From Bacteroidaceae bacterium (lineage in GTDB: Bacteria > Bacteroidota > Bacteroidia > Bacteroidales > Bacteroidaceae): 64,000 nucleotides of DNA. Both the position numbers and the translations under genes were made by a program. Under the pieces are notes generated by a model, which saw nothing but the letters and a program-made list of their open reading frames with translations, had not been told where the DNA came from and did no database searches. The stretch lies in assembly GCA_045589695.1 (NCBI GenBank), contig JAZNPP010000056.1:2100-66099 (forward strand). Direction: 5' to 3'. This document shows positions 1 to 9,040 of this stretch, in pieces; positions within the stretch are counted from its first letter, which is position 1, and every line of letters begins with the position of its first letter.

Positions 1-30
1 CTTATAAAACGCATTTGCTATGTTTATGGT

Positions 31-804
31 TTATAGACCTTTCGCAATAGCGTCAATCGCTTGCGGCAGTTCCTCAAGGCTTTTTATTGTCGTTGTGGGC
101 CCGTGTCCTTCTATTACCGGTTCTTCTTCCCAGCATATGTTCTTCAGCCATACAGTGCTGCAGCCGAGCGTACTCGACGGGTATATGTCTTTCCGGTACG
201 AATCGCCCACTACCGCAATATCTTCGGCTCTCATGCCTAAGGCCTCAACTCCTAAAGAGAACAGGGCCGGGTCGGGTTTGCGCAGTCCTACGGCCGACGA
301 TTCTACAATTGTCTTGAAATATGCCGACAACCCGAACTCTTTCAGCACTACGGGCATGTTGCCGTAAAAGTTAGTGACAAGCACGATGGGAAATGTTTTT
401 GACAGCTCTTCGACAATGGCGCATGTCTTTTTCAGTGTCTCCTTGACCCTGCTGTAGCATCCTTCTGCAATCATCTTCTCGTTTTCAGGCGCAAACTCTG
501 CTCCGGTCACGGTTTGACGCAGCTTGTCGAATTGTATTGCGATTTTCTTTTCAAGCAGTCTCTTGAATGTGTCTGTCGGCTCTATTACCGGGTTTTTTGC
601 AAGGTATCGTTCTGCGTACACGTATGCCTCCCTATACTCTTCGCGCGTAATGTTTATGCAGGCTCTGCGGTATTCGCTCCAAATAAACTCCCCCCAATGT
701 ATTCCGTCGGTGTCGATTGTGCCGCCGTAATCGAATATTATGCCTTTAATTGAACTCATAGCCCTCCTCAATCTTTCTTGTAAGTATTTTGCATAGCGAC
801 TCAT
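31..804 (-). CDS. HAD-superfamily hydrolase (phosphatase-like); last visible gene of the minus-strand rlmN-to-HAD gene string
   Basis: 257-aa ORF with HAD motif I IIFDYGGTID, motif II VLVTNF, Lys motif GLRKPDP and motif IV VVGDSYRKD. The start is ambiguous. The in-frame ATG at 759 (MSSIKGIIFDYGG) would overlap the upstream stop by 14 nt instead of 59 nt and is more likely. Confidence 0.8.
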   Translation of the reverse strand: MSRYAKYLQERLRRAMSSIKGIIFDYGGTIDTDGIHWGEFIWSEYRRACINITREEYREAYVYAERYLAKNPVIEPTDTFKRLLEKKIAIQFDKLRQTVTGAEFAPENEKMIAEGCYSRVKETLKKTCAIVEELSKTFPIVLVTNFYGNMPVVLKEFGLSAYFKTIVESSAVGLRKPDPALFSLGVEALGMRAEDIAVVGDSYRKDIYPSSTLGCSTVWLKNICWEEEPVIEGHGPTTTIKSLEELPQAIDAIAKGL

Positions 805-1699
805 GCCTGTACTGCATGTAGAAGAACAGAATCATAAGTATTACCATTTCAAAAAATATGTAAAGCCATAGTTCGTTTATGAGCAGGGTGAAACACAATG
901 TTATCGCACGTGAATTGAATGTAAGGATATTGGTATATTTCATCAACGGAAGGCTGCCTTTGCGGAACTCCTGACGCAGCGATGCGGGAATGTCCGTTCC
1001 GTACTTCTCATGTACCAGCTTTATGAATTTCTGAAAGCTCGGCGACATTCTCTCCTGATTCTCGACGTATGCGACATAGAATCTGAGGAACAGTTTCCAG
1101 AAGAATGCCGTGCGCCACGATGTACCTTCATACTCTTTCTTTTCCATTACCGAATTGTGGAACTCATGTCCGTTCTGTTCGTTCGAGAAGTAGAGGTGTA
1201 TGTTGCGGTAGTAGTCGGCGAGCTGGCATTGCGAGCCGTGTATCCAGAAGCCGCAGAAGGACAACAGTATCCAGATTATTACTCCCCACTCATGCTCGGG
1301 GGCGAACGGTATCGGCTGGTGTGTCTCCCTCAAAGCGATGGCGAGGTATATGAAGAAAAACCAACAGTCGCCCGCAAAGCCGTCGAGTATTCGTCCCCAG
1401 CGTGTCTTTTGTCCTGTTATACGTGCAAGCTGCCCGTCGGTGCTGTCATATATGTTTGCCCATATAAGCAGCAGCATGCCTATCATGTTCCATCTGAGGT
1501 CGGGTATTGCGAAGCATATTCCGGCGGTGACGCCTAAGAATATCGACGCGATGGTAATGATGTTGGGGTGAACTCCCCGGTTGCGGAAAAACAGCGCGCA
1601 ATGGAAACCTACGGGACGGTAAAACCACATGTCGAGGAACTCCTCGGTGTCGGGTGACTTAATCGACATCCTGTATAGTTTTTTGTCTTCTTCTTTCAT
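746..1699 (-). CDS. CDP-alcohol phosphatidyltransferase family integral membrane protein
   Basis: 317-aa ORF. It carries the complete family signature D-x2-DG-x2-AR-x8-G-x3-D-x3-D in YDSTDGQLARITGQKTRWGRILDGFAGD and several hydrophobic helices. It has a 4-nt ATGA overlap with the upstream ORF. Confidence 0.85.
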   Translation of the reverse strand: MKEEDKKLYRMSIKSPDTEEFLDMWFYRPVGFHCALFFRNRGVHPNIITIASIFLGVTAGICFAIPDLRWNMIGMLLLIWANIYDSTDGQLARITGQKTRWGRILDGFAGDCWFFFIYLAIALRETHQPIPFAPEHEWGVIIWILLSFCGFWIHGSQCQLADYYRNIHLYFSNEQNGHEFHNSVMEKKEYEGTSWRTAFFWKLFLRFYVAYVENQERMSPSFQKFIKLVHEKYGTDIPASLRQEFRKGSLPLMKYTNILTFNSRAITLCFTLLINELWLYIFFEMVILMILFFYMQYRHESLCKILTRKIEEGYEFN

Positions 1700-2523
1700 C
1701 TCTTCTGTTCAGTTATACTGTTCATAATTGTCTTTGCAATCTCTTTTGCCGCCTCTTCACGTACTGCCGAGAAGCTCGGGAAGTCATTGAGGTCTATAAT
1801 GGTTATCTCTCCCTTTCCGTTTACGATGCAGTCGCCTCCATAAATCTTCAGTCCGGTGGCCTTTGCGGCTCTGAATACCATTGAACGCATCGCGTCGGCG
1901 TCAAAAGGCAGATTGCGGGGAACGCCGTTAATCTCCTCAAGTCCGAATTTCGTCTGTCCGCTCTTCGGGTAGCAGTAGTTGAAGTACCGCTCCTCGACAC
2001 CGTAGAATTTAATGAGGTCACCCTCAATGTGGCGTGTGTATACGAAACTCTTTATGCCTCTTTCCTGCATAGCTCCTACAGCCTCCCGAGCCTCTGCGTA
2101 ATCCCTGGCATAGCGTATATCGTCCTTGTGGCAACTCCAGCCCTCGCCCCGTTTTATCCAGGCAGGATAGGGAAGCTCTTTCAAAGCCTCATGGCTGTCC
2201 GCAATAAGGAATAGCGGTTGAGCGATGCCCTCTTTTTCAAGAATTTCCATTGTTCTTGTGCGGGAACAGTTCTCGACTGCTGCCGGGCTGTTAAGCACTG
2301 TTATGCCGCCTTTCTCGGCTATCTTCAGGGCATCAAGGAGTTTGAGATCTCTCGACATATGGCATACGGCGTCAATATCCTCAGGCAGGCGCTCGCCATT
2401 GGCTGCCGTGACCTCGGCTCCCGCTTTTTCAAGTTCTCCTTTAACGCATTCAAGTATGGCAGCGTCCTTGTCTGCCATGTTAGGAGAGTTCTCCGGGTTT
2501 CGTGATATCAGTGCAATTTTCAT
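1696..2523 (-). CDS. ATP-grasp-like protein (tentative)
   Basis: 275-aa ORF with 4-nt overlaps on both sides. The C-terminal IYGGDCIVNGKGEITIIDLNDFPSF resembles the Mg-ATP binding D/E-x-N strand of ATP-grasp enzymes. The fold assignment is by pattern only. Confidence 0.45.
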   Translation of the reverse strand: MKIALISRNPENSPNMADKDAAILECVKGELEKAGAEVTAANGERLPEDIDAVCHMSRDLKLLDALKIAEKGGITVLNSPAAVENCSRTRTMEILEKEGIAQPLFLIADSHEALKELPYPAWIKRGEGWSCHKDDIRYARDYAEAREAVGAMQERGIKSFVYTRHIEGDLIKFYGVEERYFNYCYPKSGQTKFGLEEINGVPRNLPFDADAMRSMVFRAAKATGLKIYGGDCIVNGKGEITIIDLNDFPSFSAVREEAAKEIAKTIMNSITEQKR

Positions 2524-3218
2524 TTACCGGCAATAAAAATCTCTGCTTTGGCGATGTCCTCCGCATGGTCAATATCTATTATTTTCCCCATCGGGAACGC
2601 CTTTAGCTTCATTCCGCTATCGACAAGCCTGCGTTGGAAATTGCGCATGCGGTGAATGCCATCTGCCATGCATTTGTCAAGAATGTCGAGCGCTTTTGTA
2701 CCGAGCCCGTATATTCCGCCCGAAATATATCTCGTATCGTCGGACGGAGTGTCAAGGAAACCTGTTATTCTTAACTCTTCGTCTGTGGCGATGTAGAGCG
2801 GTTTTTCGTCGTCGATGTAATCGGTAACGGCCATCATGCCGTCGCCTTCGTACTCCTCGAACGCCTTTATGTAACGCGCGAACTCCTCTTCTTTAAAAAG
2901 CGTGTCTACGGTCGTAAGGCAGAATTTGCCGTTGCGCAGCATGCTGCGCAACGCATGGAAACTGTGCATTGAGCTTGGCGTGCTTTTGACAACTATGTTC
3001 AACTTGCATGCGCGCTCAATGCTATTGAGAAACGCCAACGTTTCGGGCTGCAGCTCATTTATGACAATGCTTATGCTCTCGGCGCCGTGCCGCTCGAAAA
3101 TTCTTATCAGACGCTCGATGATAGGCGTTCCGTTCAGCTCTACTAAAGGCTTGGGCTTAATCACGCCCTCATTTGCCAGTCGTGACCCCTCGCCTGCGGC
3201 TATAATGGCGAAATTCAT
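2520..3218 (-). CDS. NTP-transferase family protein (sugar/alcohol-phosphate nucleotidylyl- or cytidylyltransferase)
   Basis: 232-aa ORF. The N-terminal AIIAAGEGSRLANEGVIKPKPLVELNGTPIIERLI matches the G-x-G-x-R-L plus KPL(v) signature of the NTP_transferase fold. Its ATG shares one base with the pdxA stop (TAATG). Confidence 0.75.
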   Translation of the reverse strand: MNFAIIAAGEGSRLANEGVIKPKPLVELNGTPIIERLIRIFERHGAESISIVINELQPETLAFLNSIERACKLNIVVKSTPSSMHSFHALRSMLRNGKFCLTTVDTLFKEEEFARYIKAFEEYEGDGMMAVTDYIDDEKPLYIATDEELRITGFLDTPSDDTRYISGGIYGLGTKALDILDKCMADGIHRMRNFQRRLVDSGMKLKAFPMGKIIDIDHAEDIAKAEIFIAGK

Positions 3219-4315
3219 TATTCCTCGTCGTTCTGTTGAAGGTTCAGGCGGTTGCTGTCGTCACGTTTCTCGAAGTAGAGCTTGCGTAGCGGGTTGCGTC
3301 GCGCCTTGTCATACATGTCACGGTTGCGCTGTATGTCAATGGCTGAATATATTGCCTGACGGAACGAGTTCTCGTCGGCAACGCCCTTGCCCGCGATGTC
3401 GAGCGCGACGCCGTGCGCAGGCGACGTGCGTACTACCGGCAGCCCGGCGGTGAAATTCACCCCTTCGTTCATGGCCAGTGTCTTGAACGGAGCCAGTCCC
3501 TGGTCGTGGTACATCGCGAGTACCGCATCGAAATCGGCATACTTGCCGCTGCCCATAAAGCCGTCCGTAGCGAACGGGCCGTAGCAGAATATGCCGCTGT
3601 CGTTCATCTTGCGTACGGTGGGAGCTATAATCTCCTGCTCTTCGGTGCCGAGCAGGCCGTTGTCTCCCGCATGCGGGTTGAGCGACAGCACGGCAATCTT
3701 CGGCGCGTCAATATTGAAATCCCTAATAAGGCTCTCGTTGAGCAGGGTTATCTTCTCTTCGAGAAGTTCTGCGGTTATCGCTGCCGGTATGTCGCGCAGA
3801 GCCATGTGCGATGTGGCTACAGCTACCCTCATGTCGCCGCTGCACAGAATCATTAATGACTTCTCTCCGTTTCCGCAACGCTCCTGAAGGTATTCGGTGT
3901 GTCCAGGGAAGCGGAACTTGTCGTTCTGGATAGAACTCTTGTTTATCGGTGCCGTTACCAATGCGTCTATTTTGCCCTCCTGAAAATCCTTCATTGCCGC
4001 TTCAAGAGCTTCGAAGGCCGCCTGTCCTGCATCGCTGGTGGCTGTGCCAAACTCAATATGTATCTCGTCGCTGTTGCAGTTGATGATGTTCAGTTTCCCG
4101 GCCTGCGCTTCGTCGGCGTTGGATATAGTGTTGTATGGCGTCTCCATCTCAAGAGCCTTGCGGTGGTATGCCGCAGCCTTCGGAGAGCCGTAGATGACAG
4201 GCGTGCAGATGTCGAACATCTCAGGGTTGTCGAAAGCCTTGAATATAATCTCGTAACCGACGCCGTTTATGTCGCCTTGCGTAATTCCGATACGCATTTT
4301 TCTGTTCTCACTCAT
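3218..4315 (-). CDS. pdxA: 4-hydroxythreonine-4-phosphate dehydrogenase
   Basis: 365-aa ORF with IGITQGDINGVGYEI, FPGHTEYL and VRTSPAHGVALDIAGKG blocks characteristic of PdxA. Confidence 0.85.
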   Translation of the reverse strand: MSENRKMRIGITQGDINGVGYEIIFKAFDNPEMFDICTPVIYGSPKAAAYHRKALEMETPYNTISNADEAQAGKLNIINCNSDEIHIEFGTATSDAGQAAFEALEAAMKDFQEGKIDALVTAPINKSSIQNDKFRFPGHTEYLQERCGNGEKSLMILCSGDMRVAVATSHMALRDIPAAITAELLEEKITLLNESLIRDFNIDAPKIAVLSLNPHAGDNGLLGTEEQEIIAPTVRKMNDSGIFCYGPFATDGFMGSGKYADFDAVLAMYHDQGLAPFKTLAMNEGVNFTAGLPVVRTSPAHGVALDIAGKGVADENSFRQAIYSAIDIQRNRDMYDKARRNPLRKLYFEKRDDSNRLNLQQNDEE

Positions 4316-4332
4316 TTTGAAATATATCTTGT

Positions 4333-5388
4333 TTATTGTTTTTCTTCTTTTTCCGTTTCGGTCTCAATGACTACCTGCGGCAAGTGTATGCTGTTTTCTA
4401 TGAGCTTGTCTGCCGGCAGCTTCAGCGTGTAGAGCGACGCCTCAAGCTTTCTAATGAAACGGCCTTTCTTCTGTCCTGCAGCATACACGAAAGCCTCGAC
4501 CACGATTACTCTGCCGTTCTGCTCGTCTACAACGGAGTGCGACACGAACGGGCCTCCCATCATGTCGTTTTCCATGTACCATAGTCCTCTCGCTATCTGC
4601 AGGTAGCGGTCCTTGTACGATGTCTCCGTTATATTTACATATCCGGGTTCGGTCTGTATGTACTGTCCCGGTTTTCCTCCGGGCATGTTTATCTTCATCA
4701 CCGAATCACGCCTCTGCGTGTAGCTGTCAAGGGAGAAGTTATCGACCGAAGTGTAAGGGTAGCTGTAAACCGCGAAACTGAGAATTTCAGGGTTTACCGA
4801 ATTGAAGTCCGACAGCCATACGAAATTTTCTCCTCTCTTTTCTCCGTTCATCTCAACGGGAATCAGCAGCTCGCAGTCGAACATCTCCTTTACTGTAGCC
4901 AACGCATTAGGGTTGTGACGCTGTTTCAGGTTGTCTATCTGTCTGTTCATCTCCACCGCCGTGAAGAAGTCTACAATAAGCTGGTAGTTCTTTGTAATGT
5001 ATTCCGCCAGTTGTGCGTTCGACTGAGCCTGCATCGTCATAATCATCTGCGGCCTTGCGAATATGTCTTCCGAGTACTTGAATAACGCTCTTGAATACAT
5101 GCGTTCGTTTATGTCAATGTTGATTATGTTGCGGAACGGCTTTGTCATGTTGCTCAATTCATTCACCCTCGATATTCTGAACGAACGTTCCGACTGCGGA
5201 AGCCCCGGGATATCGGTGTCAAGAGCATTCTCCAGCGCTCTGCCGGCAGGTGAGTCCCAAAATTCCTGGCTGCAAACGACAAGCACTTCGTACGGGTTGC
5301 CGACAGCGCTTCTCTTGAATGTGTCGTTGTTGCCTCCGCATGCGGCCAACAGTATTGTCGCAAGTAAAATGGATAAAATCTTTTTCAT
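4333..5388 (-). CDS. lipoprotein of unknown function (DUF4837-like, from memory)
   Basis: 351-aa ORF. It has a signal peptide with lipobox LLAAC-G and no catalytic motif that I recognise. It is packed between rlmN and pdxA. Confidence 0.6.
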   Translation of the reverse strand: MKKILSILLATILLAACGGNNDTFKRSAVGNPYEVLVVCSQEFWDSPAGRALENALDTDIPGLPQSERSFRISRVNELSNMTKPFRNIINIDINERMYSRALFKYSEDIFARPQMIMTMQAQSNAQLAEYITKNYQLIVDFFTAVEMNRQIDNLKQRHNPNALATVKEMFDCELLIPVEMNGEKRGENFVWLSDFNSVNPEILSFAVYSYPYTSVDNFSLDSYTQRRDSVMKINMPGGKPGQYIQTEPGYVNITETSYKDRYLQIARGLWYMENDMMGGPFVSHSVVDEQNGRVIVVEAFVYAAGQKKGRFIRKLEASLYTLKLPADKLIENSIHLPQVVIETETEKEEKQ

Positions 5389-5392
5389 ATTA

Positions 5393-6445
5393 TCAATTGT
5401 TTTCGGTTATTCTGTTCTCATTCTCCTGCTTGAGCGTAGAGAGCATGCCGCATGCGGCAAATATGTCTTCTCCCCGTGAGGCTCTTATAGTCGTGAAAAG
5501 GCCGTTCTTCGTGAGGTAGTCCCTCAGCTCCACCATTCCTTTTTCGTCTACACCTTCAAGCGGTACTCCTGGTATTGCGTGGTAACGTATCAGGTTTATC
5601 CTGCAATCGATGCCGCTGAGCAGTTTCAGCAGCTTCCTGGCATGGAATTGCGTTTCGTTAATGCCTTTGAACACAATATACTCGAATGTGAGCCTTCTCT
5701 GGCGGCTGAAGTCGTACTCCCTCAGCAGCTCAATCATTTCTGTAATAGAAAAACCCTTCTCGGCAGGCATTATCTCTGCGCGTTTCTCTGGCATAGGGTG
5801 GTGCAGGCTTATGGCGATGTGGTAATCGCCGGAGTCTAGCAGCCGTTTCAGCCCTTTACGTAATCCTACCGACGAAACAGTCAGGCGGTGCGGGCTCCAT
5901 GCAAGGCCATAGCCGGCCGTGAGTATCTCTATTGCCTGCAACAGGTTGTCGAGATTATCGCAGGGTTCTCCCATGCCCATGAACACTATGTTCGTAAGCC
6001 TTTCGAATTCCGGCAGGGCGAATATCTGGTTTATAATCTCGTTAGCTGTAAGGTTTGCTGTGTACTTCTGCTTTCCTGTCATGCAGAAGAGGCAGTTCAT
6101 CTTGCAGCCCACCTGTGACGACACGCAGAGAGTGGCACGTTCGCCGTCAGGAATGAATACCGCCTCGACGAAATGCCCGTCATTGACCTTGTAAAGGTAT
6201 TTGACGGTTCCGTCTGCAGACCTCGCTTCGTCGGCAGGCGATGAATAGCCCACTTCGAAAAGTTCGTTCAGCCTCTCCCTGTTCTTTAGCGAAATATTTG
6301 ACATCTCGTCTATTGAGCGTGCCCTCTTCTTGTATACCCAGTCGGCTATCTGCTTTGCCGTGAACGCAGGCATGCCGGCCTCCTTGACAGCCTCTTTGAG
6401 CATGTCAAGCGTCATTCCCGCCAATCTCTTCTTGTTAGAACCCAT
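5393..6445 (-). CDS. rlmN: 23S rRNA/tRNA (adenine-C2)-methyltransferase, radical SAM
   Basis: 350-aa ORF with radical-SAM cluster motif GCKMNCLFCMTG, MGMGEP, and a C-terminal IFAACG with the conserved Cys. Confidence 0.9.
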   Translation of the reverse strand: MGSNKKRLAGMTLDMLKEAVKEAGMPAFTAKQIADWVYKKRARSIDEMSNISLKNRERLNELFEVGYSSPADEARSADGTVKYLYKVNDGHFVEAVFIPDGERATLCVSSQVGCKMNCLFCMTGKQKYTANLTANEIINQIFALPEFERLTNIVFMGMGEPCDNLDNLLQAIEILTAGYGLAWSPHRLTVSSVGLRKGLKRLLDSGDYHIAISLHHPMPEKRAEIMPAEKGFSITEMIELLREYDFSRQRRLTFEYIVFKGINETQFHARKLLKLLSGIDCRINLIRYHAIPGVPLEGVDEKGMVELRDYLTKNGLFTTIRASRGEDIFAACGMLSTLKQENENRITENN

Positions 6446-6493
6446 CTTCTATCCTTATGAATCTCCGCACTATCCGGAATATAAACAATAATG

Positions 6494-6501
6494 CGAAGAT
6501 A
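6494..6501 (-). promoter_or_regulatory. -7 promoter box for the rlmN gene string
   Basis: The minus strand reads TATCTTCG, 49 nt upstream of the rlmN ATG, in an AT-rich divergent intergenic region. It matches the Bacteroides -7 consensus TAnnTTTG except for C at position 7. Confidence 0.5.
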
Positions 6502-6598
6502 GTGCAAAAAAGTGGTTTTCTCTTTATATCTTTAAATAAAATATATTTATATAACTAAATATTCATCCTGCTTGTTGCGTGATTGCGCCTCTTTTTAT

Positions 6599-6606
6599 TA
6601 AATTCG
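6599..6606 (+). promoter_or_regulatory. -7 promoter box for the 805-aa GT/HIT-like gene
   Basis: TAAATTCG, ending 17 nt before the ATG at 6623. Confidence 0.4.
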
Positions 6607-6622
6607 CAGAAAATAGTTTGTT

Positions 6623-9040
6623 ATGGAAAATCGCTCGATAGAGCTGTTCATTCCGCTCGAGTATGCCGGTGAGCTGCCTGCATACGTAAAATCGTTGGCG
6701 GCGGAACAGCGGATAAAACATATATGGCTGTGGAGCATGTCGCCCGTTGAAATACGGCTTCCGGAGAAGATGGAAATGGTTATCACCGACTCAACGTTTT
6801 CTACGGCGTTCTTCAAGAAAATGGCAAGGCTGGCTACGGCGGACTATATGCTTTATGTAAGCAAACCGGGAGTAAGTGTCTTTGCCGAAGCGCTTTTTGA
6901 ACTGTGCGATACTATGCCTTCCGGGGCCTCTATGGCATACGGCCATTACCGTAAGATTATCGATGAAAAGGCGCAGGACGCTCCGACTATCGATTGTCTT
7001 GACGGCAGTCTGCGTAACGATTTTGACTTTGGTCCGGTGCGTCTGTTCAAAGTGTCCGCTTTGAAAAAGTATATTGAAACGGAACTTGCCGAATACAAAT
7101 ACGCAGGTCTTTATCAGTTGCGTCTTGCTCTTTCAAGAATGGGCGCGATACATCATTATAACGGCTGTCTGTCAGCCGAAAATGAGAGCGACAACCGCAA
7201 GAGCGGCGAAAAGCAGTTCGACTATGTAAACCCATCGCAGCGCGACGTGCAGTTGGAAATGGAACGTGCGTGTACCCGTCACCTCAAAGACACGGGGGCT
7301 CTGCTTCCGCCGTGCAAGTATAGCGGAATAGACCTTTCTATCGGTGATTTTCCTGTTGAGGCCTCGGTAGTCATACCTGTTTTGAACAGGGAAAAGACGA
7401 TTGCCGATGCGATATCTTCCGTGCTTGCTCAAGAGTGTTCGTTCAAATTCAATGTGTTAGTGGTAGACAACCATTCGACAGACAGGACAGGCGAAATAAT
7501 AGAGTCGTTCGATGACGGCAGGGTCGTGCATATTATCCCTGAAGCCAATGATCTGGGAATAGGCGGCTGTTGGAATCTTGCGGTGAACGACTCACGTTGC
7601 GGCCGTTTTGCCGTACAGCTTGACAGCGACGACCTCTACAGTGACGGGTCTGTATTGCAGAAGATTGTCGATGAATTCTACAAACAGGGCTGCGCCATGC
7701 TTGTAGGTACATACCGCATATGTGACTTTGATTTGAATACGTTGCCTCCCGGGGTCATCGACCATAGGGAATGGACCGAAGAGAACGGACGTAACAATGC
7801 TCTTAGAATTAACGGTTTAGGCGCTCCTCGCGCTTTTTATACGCCTGTAATACGTAAGGTCGGTTTCCCTAATGTCAGCTACGGCGAAGATTATGCGGTT
7901 GGCTTGCGTATATCCCGCAGCTATCGTATCGGCCGGATATACGATGTCCTTTACCTTTGCCGCCGTTGGGGCGGAAATTCCGATGCGGCCCTTTCGCACG
8001 AAAAGGTAAATGCGAATAATCTTTACAAGGACTCTCTTCGTACAGCGGAACTGAACGCCCGAAAAGAGCTGATGAAATCGATGAAAATACCCGCTATGGA
8101 AGAACTCGTACGGTTCTTCGAACGGCAATTGGAGTGTTGGAGCGATGCGGCCGAACGTTGTCGTGCCCTTGAAAAGGTCAGCCAAAAGAGGCTCGGCAAC
8201 GGCATTACGCTTCAGTTCAACCCTTCACGCGCCGTTTCAGCATCGGCGAAAGTGGACAAAGATTCGATAAGGCGACGCGAATGTTTCTTATGTGCGGCCA
8301 ACCGTCCCTCCTGCCAATTGGTCGAAGATGTTCTCGGAAGTATGGAGCTGCTCGTGAACCCGTACCCTATACTGCCGTTCCATTTTACGTTGCCTATGAA
8401 AGAGCATGTTCCGCAAGAGTTGTCAAGAATGTATGCCGACATGCTGCTGCTTGCAAGAGAGTGGCAAGGCATGGTCCTGTTCTATAATGGTGCCCGATGC
8501 GGCGCTTCGGCCCCGGACCATGCGCATCTTCAAGCGGTAAGGGCTGCCGACGTTCCCATGCTCGGCGGCGAATGGCGCGAAACAATCTCTTCATCGCTTG
8601 AGCCTTTGCGTTACAACGGCGGTGGAGTTATATACAGAGCCTGCGGCTACCTTGTTCCGCTGTTCATGATTCAGGCTTCCGGCGTAGAGGAATCGATGCG
8701 GCTTATGAGGCTCATGGTCTCTGCTATGCCTCTCATTGACGGCGAAAGCGAGCCCGGAATGAATGCGTTCTGCTATTATACCCCTTCGGACGGTTATGTT
8801 ACTATAGTAATCCCGCGCTCGAAGCACCGTCCCGAATGTTACGGTACCGAGGGCGAAAAGGGACGTATGATCAGCCCCGGTGCTCTTGACATGGCTTCGC
8901 TCATGATTGCTCCGCAAGAGAATGATTATATGTATCTTTGTGCCGAAGAGGCCCTTGCTATTCTCAAAGAGGTGGGCATAAGCGAAGAGGATGCCGCCGA
9001 AATTTCAGAAAATATAATTTCCGCTCATGAAAACAATTGA
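6623..9040 (+). CDS. three-domain protein: N-terminal GT-A-like region, family-2 glycosyltransferase core, C-terminal HIT/GalT-like (DUF4922-like) nucleotidyl phosphorylase/transferase domain
   Basis: 805-aa ORF. GT2 core, about aa 245-470: ASVVIPVLNREKTIADAISSVL, VVDNHSTDRT, QLDSDDLY. C-terminal domain, about aa 520-800: PDHAHLQAV, i.e. HxHxQ at nt 8519-8533. N-terminal ~240 aa: a second weaker GT-A-like pattern (ADYMLYVSKPG, DFDFGPVRLF). Confidence 0.7.
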   Translation: MENRSIELFIPLEYAGELPAYVKSLAAEQRIKHIWLWSMSPVEIRLPEKMEMVITDSTFSTAFFKKMARLATADYMLYVSKPGVSVFAEALFELCDTMPSGASMAYGHYRKIIDEKAQDAPTIDCLDGSLRNDFDFGPVRLFKVSALKKYIETELAEYKYAGLYQLRLALSRMGAIHHYNGCLSAENESDNRKSGEKQFDYVNPSQRDVQLEMERACTRHLKDTGALLPPCKYSGIDLSIGDFPVEASVVIPVLNREKTIADAISSVLAQECSFKFNVLVVDNHSTDRTGEIIESFDDGRVVHIIPEANDLGIGGCWNLAVNDSRCGRFAVQLDSDDLYSDGSVLQKIVDEFYKQGCAMLVGTYRICDFDLNTLPPGVIDHREWTEENGRNNALRINGLGAPRAFYTPVIRKVGFPNVSYGEDYAVGLRISRSYRIGRIYDVLYLCRRWGGNSDAALSHEKVNANNLYKDSLRTAELNARKELMKSMKIPAMEELVRFFERQLECWSDAAERCRALEKVSQKRLGNGITLQFNPSRAVSASAKVDKDSIRRRECFLCAANRPSCQLVEDVLGSMELLVNPYPILPFHFTLPMKEHVPQELSRMYADMLLLAREWQGMVLFYNGARCGASAPDHAHLQAVRAADVPMLGGEWRETISSSLEPLRYNGGGVIYRACGYLVPLFMIQASGVEESMRLMRLMVSAMPLIDGESEPGMNAFCYYTPSDGYVTIVIPRSKHRPECYGTEGEKGRMISPGALDMASLMIAPQENDYMYLCAEEALAILKEVGISEEDAAEISENIISAHENN

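Noticed and set aside
6598-6816. A 72-aa minus-strand ORF overlapping the 5' end of the GT/HIT-like gene and its promoter
   Set aside because: It overlaps the clearly coding plus-strand frame and the divergent promoter region, and has no independent signal.
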